Shown here one piece after another: positions 27,312 through 38,709 of a DNA stretch of 64,000 bases. The translations under genes and the position numbers were made by a program. The notes under the pieces were generated by a model that saw nothing but the letters and a program-made list of their open reading frames with translations, did no database searches and was not told the origin of the DNA. This DNA is from Spirochaetia bacterium (GTDB lineage: Bacteria; Spirochaetota; Spirochaetia; SZUA-6; Bin103): assembly GCA_965203905.1 (NCBI GenBank), contig CBDBDQ010000005.1, positions 1,472,001 to 1,536,000 on the forward strand, written 5' to 3'. The stretch's first letter is position 1. Each line of letters opens with the position of its first letter.

Positions 27312-28490
27312 TCAGGCGCCGCCGCGCAGCAGGCTGGTGAGAAAGGAGAGCCCGACGAAGGTGCCAATGGCACTGCCGACACTGGAGAGGAAGAACACCG
27401 CCAGCACGTGAGTCACCCGGTTGCGCAGGATGCCGCGCAGGCTGGTCACGTCCTGCGACAGGTTCTCGAAGTCCACCACCCGCGGCTTGCGCACGAAGGC
27501 CTGCACCAGCCCGGCGACCAGGCCGACGCCAATGGTGGGGTTTATCGAGGTGATCGGCGCAGCCGCGAACGAAGACAGCACCGTCACCGGGTGGGCCAGT
27601 GCCAGCAGCGCGCCCAGTGCCGCGAAACTGCCGTTCACCAGCACCCACTGGGTCAGCTTCTCGATGGTCATCTCGGCGCCCGCGCGCAGGAACCCGTATC
27701 CCACCAGCGCCACGAACAGCGCCGGGATGCTCCACGGCAGCAGCCGCCCCACCACGCCGCGCGGCGGTACGTGGTCGAGCTCGGCCAGCTCTTCCGCGCG
27801 CGGCGCCCGGCGCGCATAGAGCGCCAGCCAGCGCTCGATCCCGGGTACGTGCCCGGCGCCCACCACCGCCACCGTCCGCACGCCGCCGGCCGCGAAGATG
27901 CGTGCCGCCAGGTAGCGGTCGCGCTCGTCGATCAACACCTCCTTCACCTGCGGCAGGTACTCGGCCAGCTCCTCCAGCATGTTCTGCAGCGCGCCCTTCT
28001 CCTTCAGCGCCTCGATCTGGGCCGGCTCCAACTCCTCGTTGGAAAACGCTCCGGCGAGCAGCGCGGCGAGCAGCTTGAGCCGCCCCCACAATCGCGACCG
28101 CCGCCAGGCGCGGCGCAGCGTCACCTGGATCTCCCGGTCGCAGAGCACGAACGGAACCTCCGCGGCCTCGGCAGCGGCGACCGCGGCCGCCATCTCGGCA
28201 CCCGGCTGCACCCCCAGGTCGAGGCCCAGCCGGCGCTGGAACGAGTGCAGCACGATGTTGGTGAGCAGCAGAAACCCCTTGCGCTGCTTCAGCACGCGGC
28301 GAATGTCGAGCTCCATCCAGTTGCGCTGCTGGCTGATGGTGGCGTGGCGGCCGGCATCCAGCTCCACGCAGACACAGTCCGGCTGCTGCGTGGCGATCGC
28401 CTCGCGCACGTCCCGGACGCTCTGCTCGGACACGTGAGCGGTACCCACGAGCAGCACTGTACGCTCCCCAAGCGTGACCGTCTTCGTCAT
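27312..28490 (-). CDS. TraB/GumN family protein (pheromone shutdown TraB-like)
   Basis: LVGTAHVS, VCVELD, PGAEM, LIDERD, VVGAGHVPG, C-terminal TM segments. Confidence 0.9.
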   Translation of the reverse strand: MTKTVTLGERTVLLVGTAHVSEQSVRDVREAIATQQPDCVCVELDAGRHATISQQRNWMELDIRRVLKQRKGFLLLTNIVLHSFQRRLGLDLGVQPGAEMAAAVAAAEAAEVPFVLCDREIQVTLRRAWRRSRLWGRLKLLAALLAGAFSNEELEPAQIEALKEKGALQNMLEELAEYLPQVKEVLIDERDRYLAARIFAAGGVRTVAVVGAGHVPGIERWLALYARRAPRAEELAELDHVPPRGVVGRLLPWSIPALFVALVGYGFLRAGAEMTIEKLTQWVLVNGSFAALGALLALAHPVTVLSSFAAAPITSINPTIGVGLVAGLVQAFVRKPRVVDFENLSQDVTSLRGILRNRVTHVLAVFFLSSVGSAIGTFVGLSFLTSLLRGGA

Positions 28491-28569
28491 GGTCTTGCGC
28501 CCCGTAAAATAACCCTTTCGAGCGACTTGTCGCTATCCTGGTGCGGTGCTATCATGAATCAAGCGCTCC

Positions 28570-28845
28570 CTTGTGAACAACTTATGGATAACTTTCCGGT
28601 CCAGGATCGGCTCCCGAACCTTGCCGGAATCATGGAGGCAAACGCTCACTTCGTGCTGGCAAAGATTCCGGATCGTTCCAAATAAATCATTATGATGTAT
28701 AGAATTATAGAAATGAATGCGAAACTCACCGTAAGTACTGACCGGACAAGGAACTGCACCCCGGGTGAGGCAACTCGAACAAGCGTTCCACTTTTTCTTG
28801 TGGATAACTTGTTTACAACTTGGCATCGGAGAGGTGGTTCACAGC
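28570..28845. other. oriC part 1: DnaA-box cluster upstream of dnaA
   Basis: TGTGAACAA 28572, TATGGATAA 28583, perfect TGTGGATAA 28799, TGTTTACAA 28810; AT-rich tract at about 28680-28720. Confidence 0.8.
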
Positions 28846-28890
28846 CTCTGCCGGCGGTAATCGGATCTCTCCGCGAAAGGAGCGCCTAAA

Positions 28891-30273
28891 ATGGCTGAAC
28901 GCGACTACGAGGCGTTCTGGAACGAAGCCCGGAACCGAATTCGCGATGCCATCACCAACCAGGAGTATGACACCTGGTTGCGCAACATGGAATACAGCGA
29001 CTCCGACTCCGGGGTGATCAAGCTCGCGGTGCCCTCCACGTTTCATCGCGACCAGGTGGCGCAACGGTTTCAGCCGGCACTGGAGCGGGAGCTGGCGGAC
29101 CTGTCGCCGCAGCCCCTGAAGCTCTCACTGGTAGTGGCCAACGGTACCTATCCGGCCGCGCCGGCCAGCGCGCCGCGGCCGGAGCCGGGCCCACCCGCGG
29201 CGGTCGCGTCGGCGGCGGAGCCACCCCTCCCGGTGCCCCACAGCCAGCTCAACCCCTACTACACGTTCGAGCGCCTGGTCGAAGGGGAGAGCAATTCGCT
29301 GGCCCTGAACGCCGCCCTCGCGATCGCCAAGAACCCCGGACGCGCCTACAACCCGTGCCTCGTCTACGGCGGTGTCGGTCTCGGCAAGACGCACCTGCTG
29401 CAGGCGATCGGCAACGCCGTACACCTCTCGCTTCCGGATCTCAAGGTGGTCTACGTCACCGTGGAGACCTTCACCAACGAGTTCATCCAGTCGATCAAGG
29501 AGAAGACCGGACACCGGTTCAAGAACCGTTACCGCTCGGCGGACCTGCTGCTGATCGACGACATCCAGTTCCTGCAGGGCAAGGTGGAGACTCAGCAGGA
29601 GCTGTTCCACACCTTCAACGCGCTCTACGACGCCAACAAGCAGATGGTATTCAGCAGCGACCGCCCGGTGTCGGAGCTGATGGCGCTGCCCGACCGTCTC
29701 ATCAACCGCTTCGAGCGTGGTCTCAACGTCGATCTGCATCCCCCGAGCTACGAGACCCGCAGCGCCATCGTCAACCGCAAGATCGAGGAGCGCGGCTTCG
29801 TCCTCGACAACAGCGTCATCGACCTGATCTGCCGCAACATCATCACCAACGTGCGCGACCTGGAGAAGGCTCTCACCAAGCTGGCCGCCTACTCGGAGTT
29901 GATGGGGCGCACCATCACCCTCGAGATCGCGCAACGCGAGCTGCAGGACTTCTTCTCCAAGCCGGAACACCTCAGCATCAGCATCGACTCCATCCAGCGC
30001 GCCGTGTCCGCCTACTACTCGCTCACCCCGGCCGACCTGAAGGGAAAGAAACGCACCCAGGCCATCGCCTTCCCACGGCAGGTAGCGATGTATCTGGCGC
30101 GCTCCCTGACCAAGTTCTCGACCACGGAGGTGGGCATCGAGTTCGGCGGCCGGGACCACACCACCGTGATGCATGCCTGCCAGCGGGTCGCGGCACGGCT
30201 CAAGACCGACGCCACCCTGGAGACCAGCCTGCAGAAGATCACCAACGCAATCCGCGAGCGAAGCGTCGCCTGA
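28891..30273 (+). CDS. dnaA: Chromosomal replication initiator DnaA
   Basis: YGGVGLGKTHL, LLIDDIQF, NVRDLE, RQVAMYL, FGGRDHTTVMHA. Confidence 0.99.
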   Translation: MAERDYEAFWNEARNRIRDAITNQEYDTWLRNMEYSDSDSGVIKLAVPSTFHRDQVAQRFQPALERELADLSPQPLKLSLVVANGTYPAAPASAPRPEPGPPAAVASAAEPPLPVPHSQLNPYYTFERLVEGESNSLALNAALAIAKNPGRAYNPCLVYGGVGLGKTHLLQAIGNAVHLSLPDLKVVYVTVETFTNEFIQSIKEKTGHRFKNRYRSADLLLIDDIQFLQGKVETQQELFHTFNALYDANKQMVFSSDRPVSELMALPDRLINRFERGLNVDLHPPSYETRSAIVNRKIEERGFVLDNSVIDLICRNIITNVRDLEKALTKLAAYSELMGRTITLEIAQRELQDFFSKPEHLSISIDSIQRAVSAYYSLTPADLKGKKRTQAIAFPRQVAMYLARSLTKFSTTEVGIEFGGRDHTTVMHACQRVAARLKTDATLETSLQKITNAIRERSVA

Positions 30274-30287
30274 CCGCGTGAGCCTGC

Positions 30288-30472
30288 CGTCGGGATAACG
30301 TGTGGGTACACCGTGGACAACCCGGTAACCGCGTCGCGCGCGGCCGGCTTTCCCGTCCCGATGTGTATAACCGGACCTTTCGCCAGTCCTGCTGTGGAAG
30401 TATAATTATTTCATATACATATAGTTACATCCATTTTGCACATATCCACCGGAGTTACTACCATTACTACCG
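30288..30472. other. oriC part 2: dnaA-dnaN intergenic DnaA boxes, AT-rich tract and DnaA-trio-like repeats
   Basis: Degenerate boxes (CGGGATAA, CGTGGACAA, TGTGTATAA, ATATCCACC), AT-rich 30398-30428, TTACTACCATTACTAC trio tract. Confidence 0.8.
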
Positions 30473-30499
30473 AGAGTATTCAATGAAGGGGTCAGCATC

Positions 30500-31606
30500 A
30501 TGAAGTTCATCTGTGAACGGGAAGCGATCTTGCGCGAGGTGGCGAATGCCTACGAGATCGTATCGGCACGCAACTCGCTTTCCATCCTCTCCAACGTGTT
30601 GCTGCTGGCGTCCGAGAAGACCCTGACCATTCGAGCGACCGATCTCAAGGTGAACTACGAGTCGGCATTGCCAGTCGAGGTAACCACGCCGGGCAGCATC
30701 ACCGTGTTCTGCGACAAGCTGCATGGGATCCTGCGGTCATTGCCCGACGGTGAGATCGAGTTTGAGCAGCGCGACGACATGGTGCTGCGCATCAGTCCGG
30801 TGTTCAAGAATATCCGCTTCCAGCTCAAGGGCATCTCGGCGGACAAGTACCCGCCGTTCCAGGGCGCGGACGTGGAAGGCAGCTTTCCGGTCGCGAAGCA
30901 GGATCTGATCGAAATGATCTCGCATACCCTGTTCGCGGTATCCGACGATGAGACGCGCTACTTCATGAATGGCGTCTACCTCGAGAAACAGGGTGATCAC
31001 ATTACCATGGTGGCTACCGACGGACGCCGCCTGGCATACGCGTCCAAGAGCATGGAAAGCAGCGTGACCGACTTCAAGGGGGTGATCATCCCGCCCAAGC
31101 TGCTCAACATCCTGCGCCGGCAGGCACCGCGCGAGGGGGAGTTCCTGGTCGCCGTGAACGAGCGCGAGTTCCACGTCAGGTACGACTCGCAGCGGTTGGC
31201 CTCGAACCTGATCGACGCCCAGTTTCCGAATTACCAGCGGGTGATACCGGATCGCCAGGAATACCGCCTGATGATCGATCGCGCTGCCTTCGAAGAGGGA
31301 TTGCGACGGGTGGCCCTGCTGGTCGAGCAGAAGTCGCGCCGCATCTACCTGGAGAGTCAGCCCGACAACCTGGTGATCCGCTCCAGCGAGGGCGAGATCG
31401 GTGCGGCGCGCGAGGAGATCGGGTGCGAGTACCAGGGGCCTGAGCTGGTGCTGGCGTTCAACTACGAGTACCTGTTGGAGCCGTTGCGCGAGATGAGCAC
31501 CGACCAGGTGGTCCTGGAGTTCACCGACACGGGCAAGGCACTGTCGCTGAAACCGGAGCCGGAAGGCGACTTCTTTCACATCGTGATGCCGATGCAGGCG
31601 AACTGA
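30500..31606 (+). CDS. dnaN: DNA polymerase III beta clamp
   Basis: ATDL, FAVSDDETRYFMNGV, VATDGRRL, FPNYQRVIP, IVMPM. Confidence 0.98.
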   Translation: MKFICEREAILREVANAYEIVSARNSLSILSNVLLLASEKTLTIRATDLKVNYESALPVEVTTPGSITVFCDKLHGILRSLPDGEIEFEQRDDMVLRISPVFKNIRFQLKGISADKYPPFQGADVEGSFPVAKQDLIEMISHTLFAVSDDETRYFMNGVYLEKQGDHITMVATDGRRLAYASKSMESSVTDFKGVIIPPKLLNILRRQAPREGEFLVAVNEREFHVRYDSQRLASNLIDAQFPNYQRVIPDRQEYRLMIDRAAFEEGLRRVALLVEQKSRRIYLESQPDNLVIRSSEGEIGAAREEIGCEYQGPELVLAFNYEYLLEPLREMSTDQVVLEFTDTGKALSLKPEPEGDFFHIVMPMQAN

Positions 31607-31615
31607 ACTCCTCCC

Positions 31616-32713
31616 TTGGGTCTGCTGGCACTGCGGCTGACCGAGTTCCGCAACATCCGGGCGCTGCGGCTGGATCTGGAGGGGCGCGACGTGTTCCTGG
31701 TCGGCGACAACGGTCAGGGCAAGACCAACTTCCTGGAGGCGGTGTACGTGCTGTGTTACGGTGCTTCGTTCCGCACCCGCAACGACCGCGACCTGATTGC
31801 CAACGGGGTACCGGAGACCACGCTCTGGGGCCGGCTCAGCGCCGAGGGCGAGGAACGCGGGGTCGGCGTGGCGCTGGCGCGCGGCGACGGCAAGCGCATC
31901 GCCATCGACGGCAAGCGGATCCGCGACCGCGCGCGGCTGATCGAGTTTGCACCGGCGATTGCATTCACGCACGAGGACCTGCGCTTCATCGACGGCGACC
32001 CCGAGCGGCGCCGCAGCCTGTTCGACCACACCCTGTCGCTGTTCGATCCGATGTTCATCGACGTGCTGCGCCGCTATCGGCGTGCCCTGCGCGGGCGCAA
32101 TGCGCTGCTGCGAGCCGCCGACACGGCCCACGTCGAGATCTTCGACCCGGTCCTGGCAGCGGCGGGGGTGGAGATACAGCGGCGCCGGGCGCGGTTGTGT
32201 GACGAGTTCAGCGAGGTGTTCTCCGAACTCTGCGCGACGATCGGCGGCATCGCCACCGCGCAGATGGAGTATCGTCCTTCGTGGCGCGGGGTGACGGCGG
32301 CGGAGGAGGCGCAGGGGCTGCTGCAGCAGCAGCGGGAACGCGATCTGCAACTGCGCACCACCACCAGTGGGCCGCACCGTGACGACGTGCTGTTCACCAT
32401 GGAGCGGGCGCGCTTCGCCGCCCAGGGATCGACCGGCCAGAAGCGGCTGGCATCGCTGGTACTGCGGGTGGCGCAGGCGCAGTTCTTTCAGCGCACCACC
32501 GGGCGGCGGCCGATCCTGCTGCTCGACGACGTGCTGCTGGAGCTGGACGCCGGCAAGCGCGAGCGGTTCCTGGAGCAGCTTCCCGCCTACGATCAAGCCT
32601 TCTTCACGTTCCTGCCGGATGAACCCCACCAGCGCTACGGCGGCGAGCGCACCCTGAGGCTGGCGGTGGCGGCCGGCAATTTCGCACCATGTACCGAGCC
32701 GCTGACCTGCTGA
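31616..32713 (+). CDS. recF: DNA replication/repair protein RecF
   Basis: FRNI, GDNGQGKTNFLEA, GPHRDD, STGQ, LLLDDVLLELD. Confidence 0.96.
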   Translation: MGLLALRLTEFRNIRALRLDLEGRDVFLVGDNGQGKTNFLEAVYVLCYGASFRTRNDRDLIANGVPETTLWGRLSAEGEERGVGVALARGDGKRIAIDGKRIRDRARLIEFAPAIAFTHEDLRFIDGDPERRRSLFDHTLSLFDPMFIDVLRRYRRALRGRNALLRAADTAHVEIFDPVLAAAGVEIQRRRARLCDEFSEVFSELCATIGGIATAQMEYRPSWRGVTAAEEAQGLLQQQRERDLQLRTTTSGPHRDDVLFTMERARFAAQGSTGQKRLASLVLRVAQAQFFQRTTGRRPILLLDDVLLELDAGKRERFLEQLPAYDQAFFTFLPDEPHQRYGGERTLRLAVAAGNFAPCTEPLTC

Positions 32714-33102
32714 AGGAGGTACTGGCGCGGGCGGGGGTCGACCCGCAGGCGCCACAGGCGCTGCTCTACCGGTTGTGGGACGAACTGCTGGGTGCGGATC
32801 TGGCCGGCAGTGCGTGGCTGCGCGACGTCCGCCGCGGGCGCCTGGAGGTGGAGGTGGACCATCCGGCGCGGCTGCAGCTGGTGCGCATGCGGCAGCGGGA
32901 GATCCTGCGGCGCGTGCGCCGGCGGTTCCCGGAGCTGGCGGTGACCGGGCTGCACGTGGTGGTCGCGAGTCGACCCGCGGGCGAGCGCGAGCGCGGCCCC
33001 GCCACCGCGCTCCCCGGCCCGGCTCCGCTGGAGCCGCGGGAGGCGCAGGAGCGGCGTCGCATTGACAAGAGCGGACCTGAATCCGTATACTCGCAGGACT
33101 GA
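32689..33102 (+). CDS. DUF721/DciA family protein
   Basis: Position after recF; W.ELLG.DLA..., LEVEVDHPA..Q pattern. Confidence 0.85.
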   Translation: MYRAADLLKEVLARAGVDPQAPQALLYRLWDELLGADLAGSAWLRDVRRGRLEVEVDHPARLQLVRMRQREILRRVRRRFPELAVTGLHVVVASRPAGERERGPATALPGPAPLEPREAQERRRIDKSGPESVYSQD

Positions 33103-33135
33103 ACGGCACCGGCGCCAGCCGGATTCAAGGACCTC

Positions 33136-33291
33136 ATGAAACGTACCTACCAACCAAGTCGCACCCGGCGGCGGCGGCGCTTTGGGTTCCGTGAGCGCAT
33201 GCGTACCCGCAGTGGGCGCCTCATTCTCAAGCGCCGGCGGCGCAAGGGGCGCACCAAGCTCTCGGTTTCCGATGAGAAGAAGCCTTACTGA
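33136..33291 (+). CDS. rpmH: 50S ribosomal protein L34
   Basis: Manual translation [51 protein letters not shown] (below the ORF-track cutoff). Confidence 0.98.
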   Translation: MKRTYQPSRTRRRRRFGFRERMRTRSGRLILKRRRRKGRTKLSVSDEKKPY

Positions 33292-33685
33292 GCGGGAGCG
33301 GGCGCTTGACGCAGCAAGCTCCCGGTCTCGGCTGAACCAGGGCCTTGCCAAAAGGGATCGGGTCACCGACCCGCGCCAGGTGCGGGCGCTCTACCGCGCA
33401 CCCGCGACGCCGCGGCGCAGCGGCCTGCGGGTGTACTTCCAGCCCAACGGCTGCGCCCGCAGCCGCGTGGTGGTGTGCCCGAGCCGTGGATTCGCCAGCG
33501 CGCCGGCGCGCAACCGGCAGCGGCGCCTGGTCCGCGAAGCCTACCGCCTGCTCAAGCATCGCATCACTCCGGGGTATGACCTGCTGCTGCAGGTACGGCC
33601 GCGCCGGCACGAGCTCGGTTTCCGGGCCGCGGGAGGGGTGCTCGCCAGGCTGCTGGGCGATGCCGGGCTGTTGCGCAGTGTGTGA
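33272..33685 (+). CDS. rnpA: Ribonuclease P protein component
   Basis: Follows and overlaps rpmH; [18 protein letters not shown] (RNR motif). Confidence 0.9.
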   Translation: MRRSLTERERALDAASSRSRLNQGLAKRDRVTDPRQVRALYRAPATPRRSGLRVYFQPNGCARSRVVVCPSRGFASAPARNRQRRLVREAYRLLKHRITPGYDLLLQVRPRRHELGFRAAGGVLARLLGDAGLLRSV

Positions 33686-33965
33686 TACCCGGACAGACGC
33701 CAGGCGCGGCGCTGCTGCCGGCAGCCTGCTGACGGTGGCGATCCGTCTCTACCAGCAGTTGCTGTCGCCGCTGCTGCCGGCGAGTTGCCGCTACCATCCG
33801 ACGTGCTCGCAGTACACCCTGGAAGCGATCCGCCTCCACGGCGCGGTGCGCGGGATCAGCCTCGGCCTGCGCCGCATCCTGCGTTGCCATCCGTTCCACC
33901 GCGGCGGCTACGACCCGGTGCCGGCGCCGCAGCGCGCTGCTCCCCGCGACACCGGCAAGGGCTGA
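33678..33965 (+). CDS. yidD: Membrane protein insertion efficiency factor YidD
   Basis: [32 protein letters not shown]. Confidence 0.95.
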   Translation: MCDTRTDARRGAAAGSLLTVAIRLYQQLLSPLLPASCRYHPTCSQYTLEAIRLHGAVRGISLGLRRILRCHPFHRGGYDPVPAPQRAAPRDTGKG

Positions 33966-33978
33966 TCCCGGCACGCAC

Positions 33979-35742
33979 ATGGATCGCAGGACCCTTATCG
34001 CCGTCGGCCTCTCGGTGGTCGTCATCGTCGGCAGCCTGCTGATACAGACGTTCCTGTTTCCCGCGCCGGACGATGCGCTGGGCCTCGGCAGTGCGCCGGC
34101 GACCGAGAGCGGCGAGCCGGCCACGGCCACCGCCGCCAGTGCCGACATCTTCGCCCCGGTCGCCAGCACCGTGAAGGCGTCGGGGGAGGATACGCCGGTG
34201 GGGAGCCGGCTCATCACCAAGGAGACCGACCTGTTCTCGCTGGTGTTCTCCACCGCCGGCGGCGACCTGACCTCGATGCGGCTGAAGCAGCATCACGACG
34301 TGGATGGCACCGATGTGGAACTGGTGTTGCGCCCGGAGCAGCATCATTTCTTCACTATCGCGTTCGGCAGCTTTCGCACCCGGCCGGTGGATGCCGTATT
34401 CAGCTTCCAGGAGATCGACAATTTCACCTGGCGCTTCACGCGCGAGCTGCTGGCCCCCGACGGCGTGCCGTTCACGCTCACCAAGACCTATACGTTTCCG
34501 CCCAACTCCTACCTGTTCGAGCTGGAAATCCAGATCGAGAACAGTGCCAACGAGCTTCCCAACCTGGACTTTCACGGCAGCGCCTATACGCTCGCAATCG
34601 GGCCTCAGATCGGCCCCCCCTACGAGGCTCTCGATGGGCGCAACGAGTTCCGCAACTTCCGCAACTACGAGGACGGCAGGGCGCGCAACCAGAAGATGCG
34701 CCGGGAGCCGGTGCTGGCGGCCACCAAGCGGGTCACCTGGAGCGCCATTACCGGAAAGTATTTCTCCGTGATCGCGGTTCCCGATGCCACCCTGTATACC
34801 ATTACCTACGACAGCCGCAAGGATCCGGAGCTGATCCAGCGCTCCGCCCTCCACTTCAGCCGCCCGCTCATCACCAGCTCCAAGAACGTGGACACGTTCC
34901 GCTTCTACGCCGGTCCGCTCAAGCGCGAGATTCTGAATCGTTACAACGATCCCGCCAACGACCCGTTCGGCATCGGCAACTACCACTTCGAGGAAGCGGC
35001 ACGGACCAATCCCATCATCGGCTGGCTGGCCAACATCCTGCGCTTCTTCCTCGATTTCTTCTATCGCCTCATCCCCAACTACGGGGTGGCGATCATTCTC
35101 CTTACGGTGCTCATCAAGATCCTGTTCTTTCCCCTTACCCAGAAGAGCTTCGAGTCCACCAGCAAGATGTCGATGCTGAGTCCCAAGATCGAGGAACTCA
35201 AGAAGAAGCACCAGGGGAAGCCTGAGAAGTTGAACCAGGAGATGATGGCGCTGTACCGCAAGGAGGGCGTCAACCCGGTGGGCGGCTGCCTCCCGTTGCT
35301 GCTGCAGATGCCGATCTTCTTTGCGCTGTTCGAGCTGCTCAACAACGCCTTCGACCTGCGCGGGGCACCGTTCATCTCGCCGTGGATCGGAGACCTGTCG
35401 GCACCGGAGAGCTTGCTGCCGTTCGGGTTCACCATTCCGCTCCTGAACTGGGACGAGCTGCGCATCCTGCCGTTCCTGATGCTCGGAACGACGCTGCTGC
35501 AGTCGCGCATATCGCAGAACCCCGGTGCCACGCAGACGCAGATGAAGATGATGATGTACGCCATGCCGATCTTCTTCTTCTTCATCCTGTACAGCATGCC
35601 GTCCGGGCTGGTGATCTACTGGACCATGCAGAACGTGCTGTCTATTGCTCAGCAACTCTACATCAACGACCGCCGCCGACGGGCCGGACCGGATCGCGGA
35701 GGGGCGACGGCGGGACGTGGCCCGCGCGGGAAGCCGCGCTAA
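33979..35742 (+). CDS. yidC: Membrane protein insertase YidC
   Basis: NYGVAIILLT, GVNPVGGCLPLLLQMPIF, WIGDLSAP, PSGLVIYW. Confidence 0.97.
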   Translation: MDRRTLIAVGLSVVVIVGSLLIQTFLFPAPDDALGLGSAPATESGEPATATAASADIFAPVASTVKASGEDTPVGSRLITKETDLFSLVFSTAGGDLTSMRLKQHHDVDGTDVELVLRPEQHHFFTIAFGSFRTRPVDAVFSFQEIDNFTWRFTRELLAPDGVPFTLTKTYTFPPNSYLFELEIQIENSANELPNLDFHGSAYTLAIGPQIGPPYEALDGRNEFRNFRNYEDGRARNQKMRREPVLAATKRVTWSAITGKYFSVIAVPDATLYTITYDSRKDPELIQRSALHFSRPLITSSKNVDTFRFYAGPLKREILNRYNDPANDPFGIGNYHFEEAARTNPIIGWLANILRFFLDFFYRLIPNYGVAIILLTVLIKILFFPLTQKSFESTSKMSMLSPKIEELKKKHQGKPEKLNQEMMALYRKEGVNPVGGCLPLLLQMPIFFALFELLNNAFDLRGAPFISPWIGDLSAPESLLPFGFTIPLLNWDELRILPFLMLGTTLLQSRISQNPGATQTQMKMMMYAMPIFFFFILYSMPSGLVIYWTMQNVLSIAQQLYINDRRRRAGPDRGGATAGRGPRGKPR

Positions 35743-35749
35743 GCAGGAG

Positions 35750-36421
35750 ATGAGTGTTATGGCCGAACGAGAGTATGAGGGTCGCACGGAGGAGGAGGCG
35801 ATCGACAAGGCGATCGAAGCGTTGGGTCTCACCGAAGACGAGATCGACGTGGAGGTGGTAGAGGCGCAGCGACCCGGGTTTCTGAAGGGAGGCAAGGTTC
35901 GGATTCGGGTGCACCTGGCGGACGATGAGGATGCGCTGCCGGAACTGGAACCGGAAACCGAGCTGGAGCGGCAGACCATCGAATTCGTCACCGCGTTGCT
36001 GGAGAAGGCGAGCCTGCCCGCGGATGTCCGCATCGACCATCGCGAAGCCGGGCGGTTGACCCTGGAGATCCTGAGCGACGACCCGGCGATCGTAATCGGC
36101 AAGCACGGCAGCACCCTGGAGTCGCTGCAGTTGATCACCAACATCCACGTCGGCCGGATCAACTCCGAGGGCGAGCCGGTGCGCGTCGTGCTCGATACCG
36201 AGGACTATCGTTACCGCCGCGAGCAGAGCCTCTTGCGGATGGCAAACCGGGTGGCGCACGAGGTCCGCCGGACCGGGCGGCCGCGCCTGCTGGCGCCCCT
36301 GAACCCATTCGAAAGACGCCTCATTCACACCGCGTTGGGAGAGATGGGCGGGGTTTCCACGGAGAGCGAAGGCGACGGTCTGTACAAGCAGATTCGGGTT
36401 TCCTATCACGGCGAGCGCTGA
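35750..36421 (+). CDS. jag: Jag/EloR RNA-binding protein (KH + R3H)
   Basis: EGRTEEEAI, IGKHGSTLESLQ, PLNPFERRLIH. Confidence 0.95.
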   Translation: MSVMAEREYEGRTEEEAIDKAIEALGLTEDEIDVEVVEAQRPGFLKGGKVRIRVHLADDEDALPELEPETELERQTIEFVTALLEKASLPADVRIDHREAGRLTLEILSDDPAIVIGKHGSTLESLQLITNIHVGRINSEGEPVRVVLDTEDYRYRREQSLLRMANRVAHEVRRTGRPRLLAPLNPFERRLIHTALGEMGGVSTESEGDGLYKQIRVSYHGER

Positions 36422-36521
36422 GCCTTCGGCGGCCGCGGGCAGGCCGCGAAGGGAAGCCTTCGAACACCGCAACAGAGTCCGCTTTCGGTCCCGAAACAGG
36501 CTCCGATCAGGCCCGCCGGGG

Positions 36522-36551
36522 TTTACAGCAAATACCCATTCGTGCTATAAT
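36522..36551 (+). promoter_or_regulatory. Sigma-70 promoter for gyrBA (extended -10)
   Basis: TTTACA-18 nt-TATAAT with TG at the extended -10 position. Confidence 0.7.
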
Positions 36552-36735
36552 TATCAGTGTCGGGGGGTTCCCGTAATGTACCATCACCTGGGCAGTTAGC
36601 GTGCCCATAACGGCGCCCTCGAAAGGCTTTGGGCGGGCGCTGAACAGGTGCCGACGGGAGCTGGAGAGGGCAGCGCGGTCGCGCGCTCGAAAAGCGCCGC
36701 CGACGCGGCCGCATTGAGATAAGTGCCGATATTAG

Positions 36736-38679
<1,944 letters not shown>

Positions 38680-38709
38680 TGCGGCGCAGACGATTGCAGG
38701 GGGGCGCGC

